Source: Candidatus Moraniibacteriota bacterium (GTDB taxonomy: Bacteria; Patescibacteriota; Minisyncoccia; Moranbacterales; UBA1568). From it: DNA of 64,000 bases. The notes under the pieces were generated by a model. The model saw nothing but the letters and a program-made list of their open reading frames with translations. It was not told the DNA's origin and did no database searches. The DNA lies in NCBI GenBank assembly GCA_013334575.1, contig JAAXXG010000004.1, positions 18,464 through 82,463 on the forward strand, written 5' to 3'. Of the stretch, positions 54,009-62,755 are shown piece by piece; the stretch's first letter is position 1; every line of letters starts with the position of its first letter. The position numbers and the translations under genes were made by a program.

Positions 54009-54608
54009 TTACTGTCGGACTTCCTGTTGTCGGTTCGGATTTCCGAGATAGTACGGCATAGTCCGATCGTTCAGGGCCGCCTTGTACTTTACCGCCATGA
54101 CCGCATCCGCGAACGGCTTGGGAATCCATGATTGGAAGTTTTCCGGTCCTTCTGCTACGGCGCGTTTCCTGAGGAATACGAGGTCGCCCGTGAGATGGGC
54201 ACCGATGCTTCGTTGAACAATTTCGATCATTCCGCTGCCGCGGCGGGTAACCGTGATGATCGAATGCGCGGACGAACACCACCCCTGTATGTCGCAGTTC
54301 TTTCCGGTTTCCTGAAGCCAGTATGGATTCAGTTTCTGGCCCGAAGGTCCGCAGACCACTATGACGGATCTGTCCGCATCCCGGAAACGTTCCGGATAGC
54401 TGATCCGTTGCAATTTTCCTCGGAGGGGTTCCGGAACGATAAAAAGTCCATGTTCGGATTTCGATTTCGGTAATCTGAGGATGGCACGTTTGTCGTTTCT
54501 TGCGAGAAGCAGTCTTCGCAGCTCAGTCGCACGGACGGCCGATTCGAATTCGTCGCGACTAATGGCAACCGTGATGTGCGGAGAGGTCGGGATACCGGAA
54601 TAGTTCAT
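54009..54608 (-). CDS. uncharacterised protein, member 1 of a four-gene tandem paralog array
   Basis: 199 aa. Shares the blocks PHITVAISRDEF / VIVVCGPSGQKLNPYWL / GWCSS / GMIEIVQR with the three upstream genes. Confidence 0.55.
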   Translation of the reverse strand: MNYSGIPTSPHITVAISRDEFESAVRATELRRLLLARNDKRAILRLPKSKSEHGLFIVPEPLRGKLQRISYPERFRDADRSVIVVCGPSGQKLNPYWLQETGKNCDIQGWCSSAHSIITVTRRGSGMIEIVQRSIGAHLTGDLVFLRKRAVAEGPENFQSWIPKPFADAVMAVKYKAALNDRTMPYYLGNPNRQQEVRQ

Positions 54609-54722
54609 GATAGGTATTTCTGGCGGTTTGGTTTAAGAATTGATGGTAAGGGGCGAAAAGAGATGATACCTGAGCGGACGGATCCGGTCAACCGGTTGCG
54701 TACAAGTGAAAGGCCTCGCGTA

Positions 54723-55352
54723 TTACGGCGAGGCCTGATCGGTCGTTTTGTGGAAGTACGAGATCCGCAAAAGCGGATTTTTCTCGGTCATTTCGAGATC
54801 TTTCTTTCTGTTACACGCTTTGTCGAGTGCGGCACGGATCGTCTCCTCGTATCTGCAAAGCGTTATTTTGTCGAGATGTCCGATTTTCTCGTCGGTGATT
54901 TTATTTACGAAGATCCTGATAATGCCATCCTGAACGTCTCCCATCGCATGATTCCTGATGATCACTCTGGGATTCTGCGTCTTGGCGCGGACGGTGTATG
55001 CGGTATAGCCTTGATCCGGAGAGAACCAGGCGGTGATTTCCGGCGGCATATCGTCGGAGACATCCCTGAACCATTGCCTGAACCTCCTTCCCTTATGCGT
55101 GCATACGATTGTCGCCGCATCGGTATTCTGCGAGTACGTTTCCGGGACGAAGAGTCGGAGCCGTCGGTTCCGCAGTGATTCGGGAACGTGGAACGCCTTC
55201 TTGTTCGCGTCGAGAATCGGTAACGGCACGATCCGTTTTCCGCCGCTTATCCAGCTCGCTTCGAGAAGTTCCTGGTCGAGCTTTCTCTCGATATCGACGA
55301 CAACCGCGATGAACGGTTCCCGTCCCCGGTACGCTTTTTGCGGTCGTTTCAT
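54723..55352 (-). CDS. uncharacterised protein, member 2 of tandem paralog array
   Basis: 209 aa. Blocks PFIAVVVDIERKL / ATIVCTHKGRRFRQWF / AWFSP / PRVIIRN. Confidence 0.55.
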   Translation of the reverse strand: MKRPQKAYRGREPFIAVVVDIERKLDQELLEASWISGGKRIVPLPILDANKKAFHVPESLRNRRLRLFVPETYSQNTDAATIVCTHKGRRFRQWFRDVSDDMPPEITAWFSPDQGYTAYTVRAKTQNPRVIIRNHAMGDVQDGIIRIFVNKITDEKIGHLDKITLCRYEETIRAALDKACNRKKDLEMTEKNPLLRISYFHKTTDQASP

Positions 55353-55410
55353 GGTGAACGGGTTTTCGTTTGAGGTAAGTCGGTCGAGCGCCTATCGTCG
55401 GAATGTGATC

Positions 55411-56352
55411 TTATGCGGTTCGCCGCTCCAGATGGTAAAACGCGTGGATCCGGTCTTCACTTCCGACTTTGCGTAGGAGGGCCGCGACTGCATCACCGTA
55501 CGGACCGAACGCTCCCGGAGTATCCGACGGACGCTTCCGCATCAGGATGGCCTTTTCCAGGTTGATAGAAGTAACGGATATCCGGTCGCGGACGATGAGG
55601 CGCTTCGCGATCTCGACCGTCCCGTCCGGCCGGTAGCATGCCGTTACCAGGTTCTTCTGACTCGAGAACCATGCTTGGGCGCGTGAGCTGCCCAGCTGAT
55701 CGTCCCGGATCCAGAACGGACGAAGCGGCTTTCCGTCTTCCGCACAGACGACGACCGTCCCGTCGTTTCTGATGTGCTCCGCAAAACACAGATTGAGACG
55801 CATCTCGTTGAACTGCGGATCGAGGTAATACTGCCGATTCCGTTCGAGCAGACTCGGGAGGGAAACGATGGCGGAGTCGTGGCTGACTCTGACCAGCGTC
55901 GCCGTTATCCAAGGGAGGCGTTCCGCTATTTTCGAGAGCGTGTCACGGGGGAGCCAGATCGAGATGAACGGCTGGGTCATTTCATTCAGTCTGAGTTGCA
56001 TGGCTTTTCTGTTGGCTTGAAGTTTGCGAATCCGATCCCGGAGGCGTTTTCCGGGGTTTTTCGTTTTGTGAAAGGGCGACGTGGCATGATACGATATCGT
56101 CTTTCGTCGGTCAATACCCCCCCGGCGCGCCTTGACGAGCCGTGACGATGCGACGGCGTCTTGGCGGGACAACTCGGCTTTTACGGCGAATTTCCGAATT
56201 TTATGAATAAGGCGGCCATGAGTGATGTAGCATGTGAAAAAGGATGGAGCGGTTCGGCGTATTTGAGCATGCGAGCCCAAAGCGTGCCAGGGAGAAGTGT
56301 CTGACGGCGGACAGGATACGAAAAACCCGGCGATGTTCATGCCGGGCTTCAT
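55411..56352 (-). CDS. uncharacterised protein, member 3 of tandem paralog array (with ~110-aa N-terminal extension)
   Basis: 313 aa. Blocks PFISIWLPRDTL / TVVVCAEDGKPLRPFWI / AWFSS / GTVEIAKR. Confidence 0.55.
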   Translation of the reverse strand: MKPGMNIAGFFVSCPPSDTSPWHALGSHAQIRRTAPSFFTCYITHGRLIHKIRKFAVKAELSRQDAVASSRLVKARRGGIDRRKTISYHATSPFHKTKNPGKRLRDRIRKLQANRKAMQLRLNEMTQPFISIWLPRDTLSKIAERLPWITATLVRVSHDSAIVSLPSLLERNRQYYLDPQFNEMRLNLCFAEHIRNDGTVVVCAEDGKPLRPFWIRDDQLGSSRAQAWFSSQKNLVTACYRPDGTVEIAKRLIVRDRISVTSINLEKAILMRKRPSDTPGAFGPYGDAVAALLRKVGSEDRIHAFYHLERRTA

Positions 56353-56365
56353 CGTTTGACGGTTT

Positions 56366-56974
56366 TCAGACTGTCAGGCCGGGTTCTTTTCCACAGGGGT
56401 TGAAGAAGTAGCTCATTCTGTACTTCGGGTACTGTGATTTCGCGATGGCCGCATTTATGGCGTCCCTGAAACATTCGAGATCGGAAGGTAGCGCGTCTCC
56501 GAAACCGAATTCGTGTCTTGATTCCAGCAGATCCGATATGAAGACGGACCGATCTTCTATCACCAGGGAACGCCTTTTGATAATGATTTTCCGTTCTTCG
56601 TACCAGGCGGTCACGGTGTAGGCCGTATTGATGGCGGAGAACCAGCACGTGAGGTAGTCCGGGAGGGGGGACTTGTAGAGAAAATGCGGTCGCAGTTTTC
56701 CGCCTTTCAATCCGCACACGACCGTGGCGCCGCCATCTTTCCGATACCGTTCAGCGATATGCAGTCTGATCTTTTCGCGCGGGAAGCAGTCCGGAAAAAT
56801 GAAGCCGGCCGCTTCTTTCGGCATCCTCCGCAGCGGGACATAGAGGCGGTCTTGGAGCTGCCAAGCCGTCTTTTCGAACGGCGTATCCTTGATGATGTCG
56901 AGGCCATCTTTCGTATCGAGATGAACTGCTACGTACGGCGCGACCATGAAGTACGGTCTTCTGTGTTTTCCCAT
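56366..56974 (-). CDS. uncharacterised protein, member 4 of tandem paralog array
   Basis: Start refined to ATG 56974 (MGKHRRPYFMVAPY). Blocks VAVHLDTKDGL / ATVVCGLKGGKLRPHFL / CWFSA / RKIIIKR. The 833-aa six-frame ORF extending to 58867 is an antisense artefact over the helicase gene. Confidence 0.55.
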   Translation of the reverse strand: MGKHRRPYFMVAPYVAVHLDTKDGLDIIKDTPFEKTAWQLQDRLYVPLRRMPKEAAGFIFPDCFPREKIRLHIAERYRKDGGATVVCGLKGGKLRPHFLYKSPLPDYLTCWFSAINTAYTVTAWYEERKIIIKRRSLVIEDRSVFISDLLESRHEFGFGDALPSDLECFRDAINAAIAKSQYPKYRMSYFFNPCGKEPGLTV

Positions 56975-57028
56975 GTAGATTGGATCTGTGGCCGATATCC
57001 GGCCGTTGACGTGATGTAAAACAACGGA

Positions 57029-58705
57029 ATGAAAATACAGGAAAACAAGTGGCGTGTCAAGGGTCTTCGAAAAGCCCTGTCGGAATTTTCGATGGGATGG
57101 TACGCTTTTCCTATGACCCAGGATCAGGCCCTCTCCATTCTCAGAACCGGTGCGTCGGTCTTCCTTACGGGGGAGGCCGGTTCCGGCAAGACACATGTCG
57201 TGAACCGGTATGCGGCGTACCTGCGTTCCCGCGGGATCCCGTACGCGATGACCGCCTCGACCGGGATCGCGGCGACGCATATCCGCGGTACCACCATCCA
57301 TTCGTGGAGCGGCGTCGGAGCGAACCGTGACATGAGCGACGAAGGGTTCGAGCAGCTTGTGAAGAACCGGAGGGCCGTACGGCGGATCCGTGAGGCCCGC
57401 GTTCTCGTGATCGACGAGGTGTCGATGCTCGACGCCCGGGTCCTCTCGCTCGTGGAGCGGATGTGTCGCCGAGCGAAGGGATCGACGTCGCTTCCCTTCG
57501 GCGGACTGCAGGTCGTGCTCGTCGGCGACTTCTTCCAGCTGCCGCCGGTCTCGCGCGAGGGCGCCTCGCGGTTCGCGTTCGAGTCGTCCGCCTGGGATGC
57601 GCTTCGTCCGGTCGTCTGCTACCTTCACGAGCAGCACCGGCAGGAGGACCCGGCGTTCCTTTCGGTCCTTTCGGCGATCCGCCGCGACGAGGTCGGCGAG
57701 GAACACCTCGCGCTCGTGCGGGGGCGGATTCTTGGGCGGGACGACGTGCCGGACGAGGATCTGCCAGTACTCTTCTCGCATAACGCGGACGTGGACGGTC
57801 TCAACGCCGCGGCACTCGACCGACTGCCCGGCAGGTCGCGCGTCTTCCTCATGGCCAAGCGCGGACCGGACAAGCCGCTCGAAGCGCTCGTGCGCGGGTG
57901 TCTTTCGCCCGAGCGGCTCGAGCTCAAGGAGGGCGCATCGGTCATGTTCACCAAGAACAATCCGGACGAAGGGTACGTGAACGGGACGCTCGGCACCGTC
58001 ATCGGGTTCGATGCGGCGAAGAAGTTTCCGATCGTCCGGACGCGAGACGGCGAGGCAGTGACGGTCGCTCCTGCGGAGTGGTTGGTCGAGGAGGGCGAGG
58101 AGATCGTCGCGCGAGTGCGTCAGATCCCGCTTCGGCTCGCGTGGTCGATCACGATCCACAAGAGTCAGGGTGTCTCGCTCGATGCGGCGGTCATGGACCT
58201 CTCGCGCGTCTTCGAATACGGGCAGGGGTATGTCGCGCTCTCGCGGGTGCGCACGCTTGCCGGGCTCTCGCTCGTCGGACTTTCCGACCGGGCGTTCGCG
58301 ACGCATCCCTCGGTACGCGAGAAGGACCGCCTGTTCCGCGAGGAAAGCGAGCGTGCCGAACGCGCGTACGGTTCGCGAAGCGAGGAGGAGATACGGAAGG
58401 ACGAGGAGGCGTTCCTGGTCCTGTGCGGGGTGTCCGGGAAAAAAGAAGGCGGTCCGCACGGCCGCGCGAAGGGAACCGCGAAGAAGGGAAATGGAAAACG
58501 GAAAGCCGCCGGTGCGGGCGGCGGGTTCGACGAGATACGGAAGAAGCATCCCAAGGCGTATATGCCGTGGAAGGAAGACGAGGACAAATGGCTCCGAAGG
58601 CTTTTCCAAGGCGGCGCCGATGTGAAATCCATCGCCGAAGCGCTCGGCCGACAGCCGGGGAGTATCCGCGCGCGGATGAGGAAGCTCGGGCTGGAGGGAG
58701 ACTGA
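57029..58705 (+). CDS. Pif1-like SF1B DNA helicase with C-terminal HTH-like tail
   Basis: Walker A FLTGEAGSGKTH. VLVIDEVSML. GDFFQLPPV. Motif V-VI AWSITIHKSQGVSLD...YVALSRVR. C-terminal KWLRRLFQGGADVKSIAEALGRQPGSIRARMRKLGLEGD. Possible internal start at 57092. Confidence 0.85.
   Translation: MKIQENKWRVKGLRKALSEFSMGWYAFPMTQDQALSILRTGASVFLTGEAGSGKTHVVNRYAAYLRSRGIPYAMTASTGIAATHIRGTTIHSWSGVGANRDMSDEGFEQLVKNRRAVRRIREARVLVIDEVSMLDARVLSLVERMCRRAKGSTSLPFGGLQVVLVGDFFQLPPVSREGASRFAFESSAWDALRPVVCYLHEQHRQEDPAFLSVLSAIRRDEVGEEHLALVRGRILGRDDVPDEDLPVLFSHNADVDGLNAAALDRLPGRSRVFLMAKRGPDKPLEALVRGCLSPERLELKEGASVMFTKNNPDEGYVNGTLGTVIGFDAAKKFPIVRTRDGEAVTVAPAEWLVEEGEEIVARVRQIPLRLAWSITIHKSQGVSLDAAVMDLSRVFEYGQGYVALSRVRTLAGLSLVGLSDRAFATHPSVREKDRLFREESERAERAYGSRSEEEIRKDEEAFLVLCGVSGKKEGGPHGRAKGTAKKGNGKRKAAGAGGGFDEIRKKHPKAYMPWKEDEDKWLRRLFQGGADVKSIAEALGRQPGSIRARMRKLGLEGD
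58642..58694 (+). repeat. repeat R1 (palindrome-cored), in frame as the 3' end of the helicase gene
   Basis: gctcggccgacagccggggagTATCCGCGCGCGGATGaggaagctcgggctgg. Confidence 0.7.
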
Positions 58706-58790
58706 CGATCCTGTTCGCAGCGTTTGTCTTCCTGATGGCCGTGTCGTATCATAGTATATGAAAGAACGGTAAACAAAGAATCGCATCGCT

Positions 58791-59639
58791 ATGGAATCCC
58801 TTATTCCGTTTGAAGAAGAGCGGATCCGGAAGGTCTGGCATAGAGAGAGGTGGTTCTTCTCGGTCATCGATATCGTCGCGGTTCTGACCGATCAGACGGA
58901 TTTCAAGAAGGCCAAAAGTTACTGGACGACCCTGAAAAGCAGGCTCAAGAAGGAGGGAAGTGAAGTGGTCACAAAATGTGACCGGTTGAAGCTCGTCGCC
59001 CGAGACGGTAAGATGCGTGAAACGGACGTCGCCGATATCGAAATCCTGCTCCGGCTCATCCAGTCTGTTCCGTCGCCGAAGGCGGAACCGCTCAAACTCT
59101 GGCTGGCGCGCGTCGGGACCGAGCGGATCGCCGAGATCCGGGACCCGTCACAAGGCATCGACCGGGCGCGGGATTTGTGGAAGAAATACGGCCGGAGCGA
59201 GAAATGGATCCGGCAACGGATGATGGGACAGGAGACGCGAAACCGGTTGACCGACTACTGGAAGGACCACGATGTGCAGGAAGGTGACGAGTACGCCATT
59301 TTGACGAATATCATCCACGAGGAGTGGTCCGGGCTCGGTGTCCGGGAACACAAAGCGCTCAAGAAGCTGGACACCGCGCATAATCTTCGCGACCACATGA
59401 ACGAAGCGGAGCTCGTCCTGACGGCGCTTGCGGAGTTGTCAACGCGGCAGATCGCCGAGAGTACGGGTGCGACCGGATTCTCGGAGAATACGGTTCCGGC
59501 CCGGAAAGGCGGACGCATCGCGAAAAACGCCCGTCTCGAACTGGAATCGAAGACCGGGAAGCGTGTCGTCTCCGGAGAGAACTTTCTCCCGCCGATGAAA
59601 ACCGGAAAAGAAAAGAGATTGAGGTCGGAAAAGAAATAG
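58791..59639 (+). CDS. dinD: DNA-damage-inducible protein D-like (Bro-N domain + DinD C-terminal domain)
   Basis: N-terminal Bro-N block (WFFSVIDIVAVLTDQTD...KAEPLKLWL). C-terminal HKALKKLDTAHNLRDHMNEAELVLTALAELSTRQ resembles E. coli DinD. Confidence 0.65.
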   Translation: MESLIPFEEERIRKVWHRERWFFSVIDIVAVLTDQTDFKKAKSYWTTLKSRLKKEGSEVVTKCDRLKLVARDGKMRETDVADIEILLRLIQSVPSPKAEPLKLWLARVGTERIAEIRDPSQGIDRARDLWKKYGRSEKWIRQRMMGQETRNRLTDYWKDHDVQEGDEYAILTNIIHEEWSGLGVREHKALKKLDTAHNLRDHMNEAELVLTALAELSTRQIAESTGATGFSENTVPARKGGRIAKNARLELESKTGKRVVSGENFLPPMKTGKEKRLRSEKK

Positions 59640-59665
59640 AACATGCATGGTGCATCACAAAGACC

Positions 59666-59755
59666 CTCGGCCGTCAGCCCGGAAGCATCCGCGCGCGGAT
59701 GAGGAAGCTCGGGCTGGCATGAAGAAAGAGGCTCTCGCGAGAAGAGCCTCTTTTT
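59666..59755 (+). repeat. repeat R2 (palindrome core CATCCGCGCGCGGATG) fused to a terminator hairpin
   Basis: ctcggccgtcagcccggaagCATCCGCGCGCGGATGaggaagctcgggctggcatgaagaaag, then GAGGCTCTCGCGAGAAGAGCCTC followed by TTTTTT. Confidence 0.7.
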
Positions 59756-59775
59756 TCTTTGTGCCGATACGGCGG

Positions 59776-60729
59776 TCACCCTTTCATGACGTCGATCACG
59801 GTGAAGTAGGTGTCGGGTGGTTCGTTCGTGAAGTCGTTGTACTGCGTCTCCTCGATCTTTTTCATGAGAAAATCGATGCAAGGAATCGTCCCGTCGACAT
59901 AGGTCTGTCGGCCGTTCACGTTGTGCGTAAACTCGAGCGTGACGCTGCCGTCCGGTGATACCAGGCGGTAGGTGTGCCAGCCATGGCCGTCGAGATATTT
60001 CGGCAGGATGCCCATCGCGAGCTGTGCCATGCGGTTTCTGATCGCCTTGATCGAATCTTCGCCGCGATAGTTGACGCCGAGCCGTCCGAGGAGCTCGCCC
60101 ACCTTCTGCGCCGTCCCGCTCTTGTCCTTCTTTCCGGCCTGGTGGCTTTCGACGATCTCGAGTGAGAAGCCCTTGAGCGTGTCCGGATAGGTTGTCGCCG
60201 CGTGCTCGAACATCGAGAGCAGGAGAACGATCGCCGGGGACATGTTGGGTGAGATGACGGCCGGAACCCCGGATTGCCTGACGGTACGTTCCAGGGCCTC
60301 GCGATCGCCACCGGTCGTGCCCATGACGAACGGGATGCCGACCTTGCAGAACAGTTCGGCGTTTTCGTTCACCGCCGACGGGACGGAATAGTCCACGATG
60401 ATAAGTTCGTCGTAGCGTTTTTTCAGCTCGCGGAGTTTCGCCTCGCGGCCATCCGGGCCGATCGTCTTGAAGACGGTCTTCTTGTCTGCCGATGACCGTA
60501 CCGATACCGTCTTCGTCGTCGTATCCGGACCGACGAGCGCGTACCGGATGACGGCGTAGCGGTCATCGTTGAGTAATGCCTGTGTCACCTGTGTCGCCAT
60601 TTCTCCTGGCAGGCCGGAAATGAGGATAGACTGTTTTAGTTCCATGATATGCATGATTTGGCGTTGAAGAATTGCTGCTTGTGAAGAATACGAATACGGT
60701 AGCCTATCAGGGTCGGGCGAGACCGTCAA
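59776..60729 (-). CDS. dapB: 4-hydroxy-tetrahydrodipicolinate reductase
   Basis: 317 aa. N-terminal Rossmann GLPGEMA. DapB signature EIVESHQAGKKDKSGTAQK (E-x-H-H/Q-x-K-x-D-x-P/K-SGTA). Confidence 0.8.
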   Translation of the reverse strand: MTVSPDPDRLPYSYSSQAAILQRQIMHIMELKQSILISGLPGEMATQVTQALLNDDRYAVIRYALVGPDTTTKTVSVRSSADKKTVFKTIGPDGREAKLRELKKRYDELIIVDYSVPSAVNENAELFCKVGIPFVMGTTGGDREALERTVRQSGVPAVISPNMSPAIVLLLSMFEHAATTYPDTLKGFSLEIVESHQAGKKDKSGTAQKVGELLGRLGVNYRGEDSIKAIRNRMAQLAMGILPKYLDGHGWHTYRLVSPDGSVTLEFTHNVNGRQTYVDGTIPCIDFLMKKIEETQYNDFTNEPPDTYFTVIDVMKG

Positions 60730-60758
60730 TCACACCGCTGTCCTTAGTCGCTGACCCA

Positions 60759-60832
60759 GGAGCATCCGCGCACGGATGAGGAAGCTCGGGCTGGAATGAA
60801 GAAAGGGATCCTCTTGGAGAATCCCTTCTTTC
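60759..60832 (+). repeat. repeat R3 (CATCCGCGCACGGATG) fused to a terminator hairpin, in the dapB upstream region
   Basis: ggagCATCCGCGCACGGATGaggaagctcgggctggaatgaagaaag, then GGATCCTCTTGGAGAATCCC followed by TTCTTTC. Confidence 0.7.
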
Positions 60833-60849
60833 GTGATGATGCACGGTTT

Positions 60850-61458
60850 TCAGTTTTTCCTGAAGCCTTCCGGAAGGCAAATATTTCGGTAGTACAGGGA
60901 CGCGTACGTCCCATAGTCCTGTTCGGACGGGATTATGACTCGGTTTATTTTTCGAGCAAGAGGAAGTATCGGTTCTGATTTTGACCGCGAGCCGTTTTTC
61001 CAGCAGATTGCTACAGTATCAGAGATGCTTCGGGGAGTCATGATCATGCCGAGCTCCATTCTTCCGTTAGATTGATTCCTCCGGATCAGAAGGGAGCCTT
61101 TCGGCGCATTCGATATCTGAGATTCGTTGGCTATGTTGCGGAAGCTTCTATCCAGAGCCTCGTACGCTTCTTCTCCGGGGAGGTACAGAAAATCTGTCTT
61201 GTAGGAGAGGCTGGCGATTCCGATTTTGTGCAGCGTACCGTCAGCGGTATAGACGGAAAGACTGTCGCGATCGGCGGATTTCGACTCGATTCTCAGACAC
61301 GTTTTCTCTTTGGTGATAATATAGGATCCGATCGGAATATTCTTCAGTTTACGTTGGAATTCTTCCGCGCCATCCAGTGGGTTGGTTGTTTTTACGTACG
61401 CGGCAAAAAGAAAGAGAGTGATACCGAGAATCATCCCGACAAGCGTGAATTTGCGCAT
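60850..61458 (-). CDS. hypothetical secreted/membrane-anchored protein in an AT-richer island
   Basis: Start refined to ATG 61458 (MRKFTLVGMILGITLFLFAAYV, signal/anchor). No recognised family. Confidence 0.45.
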   Translation of the reverse strand: MRKFTLVGMILGITLFLFAAYVKTTNPLDGAEEFQRKLKNIPIGSYIITKEKTCLRIESKSADRDSLSVYTADGTLHKIGIASLSYKTDFLYLPGEEAYEALDRSFRNIANESQISNAPKGSLLIRRNQSNGRMELGMIMTPRSISDTVAICWKNGSRSKSEPILPLARKINRVIIPSEQDYGTYASLYYRNICLPEGFRKN

Positions 61459-61653
61459 GAGTAAACCCGTTTCCGGGCCCTGGTTGAGGTTGGTGATGTG
61501 AAGACTACTATGGCATTCTATTATAGCAGAAAAGAGCCGCATCGTCAACCGTCAGGAAAGGGCTTGGATGAGGCGAAATAGGGAGAAGTAACTTTTGATG
61601 TGTTCAAATATGCACGGCATATGTTTTCTGGTGCAGCAAGCTTTGTGGCTTGA

Positions 61654-62742
61654 TTGGGGCTTTACAAAGGGGTTTTTCGGCGTATAGTGAAGGGAGAAAC
61701 TATTCTTGAACTTCCTATGGAGCGCACCGAACTTCTCAAGAAGATAGAACAACTTCGCGGATCGAAGGCTATCTCGTATGTGACGAGCGATCGGCAGGGT
61801 CCGGTGAATGCACGCATTGCGATGGATATCATCCCGTATATGAGCGAGCAGTTGCGCTCGATCGGCAAGGTTCCGAAGATCGACCTCGTCCTGTTCAGCG
61901 CGGGTGGGGACACGATGGTGCCGTGGCGGCTCGTCTCGATGATCCGTGAGTACTGCGATACCTTCTCGGTTCTCGTGCCGTACAAGGCACACAGCGCGGC
62001 GACGATGATTTCGCTCGGGGCCGACGAGATCGTGATGACCGATATGGGTGAACTGACCCCGATCGATCCCTCGACGGCGAACCCCTTCAATCCCTCCGAT
62101 CCGCAGAATGTTCAGAATAAGATTCCGATCTCCGTTGAGGAGGTGATGGCATACTTCGATCTCGCGAAGAACCGCGTCGGCATTACCGAGGAGGCCGAAC
62201 TGACGAAGGTCTTCAATAAGCTCACGGAGAGCACTCCGTCCGTCCATCCGCTCGCGCTCGGGAACGTGAACCGTACCTACAAGCTCATCCGCATCCTCGC
62301 GAAGCGGCTTCTTGGGAGCCATCGCGAGCCGCTCGGAGAATCCGAGATAGAGATGATCATAGACGCTCTGACCGAGAAACTCTATTCGCATCAGTACGTG
62401 ATAGGTCGCCGCGAGGCCAAGGAAGACCTCGGTATCAAAAGCGTTTCGTACGCCGATGATGAACTCGCCTCGCTTCTCGCCTCGCTGTATGAGTCCTATC
62501 GTGATTCGATGGGCCTTCATGGACAGTGGAATCCCGAGGCCGAAGTCGGCGAGTTCCGCGCCGAGAATAAAAAGGACTACGTCATTGCCGCAATCGAGAG
62601 TGCCGGTAAGTCGAACCGGTTCGAGATCCGTATGGAGTTCAAGAAGACCCAGCAGGTCGTTCCGCAGCAGACCCCGCAGGGGATCGTGAACGTCCAGCAG
62701 GAGCAGGTCTCGTTCCGTATCGTCAATCAGGGGTGGAAGTAA
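61654..62742 (+). CDS. SDH family ClpP-fold serine proteinase (S49-like periplasmic serine protease class)
   Basis: Block DLVLFSAGGDTMVPWRLVSMIREYCDTFSVLVPYKAHSAATMISLGADEIVMTDMGELTPIDP matches the SDH family (DLILHTPGG...VPHYAMSGGTLIALAADEIVM...LGPVDP). Possible internal start 61717 (MERTELL). Confidence 0.65.
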   Translation: MGLYKGVFRRIVKGETILELPMERTELLKKIEQLRGSKAISYVTSDRQGPVNARIAMDIIPYMSEQLRSIGKVPKIDLVLFSAGGDTMVPWRLVSMIREYCDTFSVLVPYKAHSAATMISLGADEIVMTDMGELTPIDPSTANPFNPSDPQNVQNKIPISVEEVMAYFDLAKNRVGITEEAELTKVFNKLTESTPSVHPLALGNVNRTYKLIRILAKRLLGSHREPLGESEIEMIIDALTEKLYSHQYVIGRREAKEDLGIKSVSYADDELASLLASLYESYRDSMGLHGQWNPEAEVGEFRAENKKDYVIAAIESAGKSNRFEIRMEFKKTQQVVPQQTPQGIVNVQQEQVSFRIVNQGWK

Positions 62743-62755
62743 GGAAGGTGTTCGT

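Noticed and set aside
56975-58867. Upstream two-thirds of the 833-aa minus-strand ORF (56366-58867)
   Set aside because: Antisense to the Pif1-like helicase. Only the last ~200 codons (56366-56974) are homologous to the neighbouring paralog array and have a plausible start.
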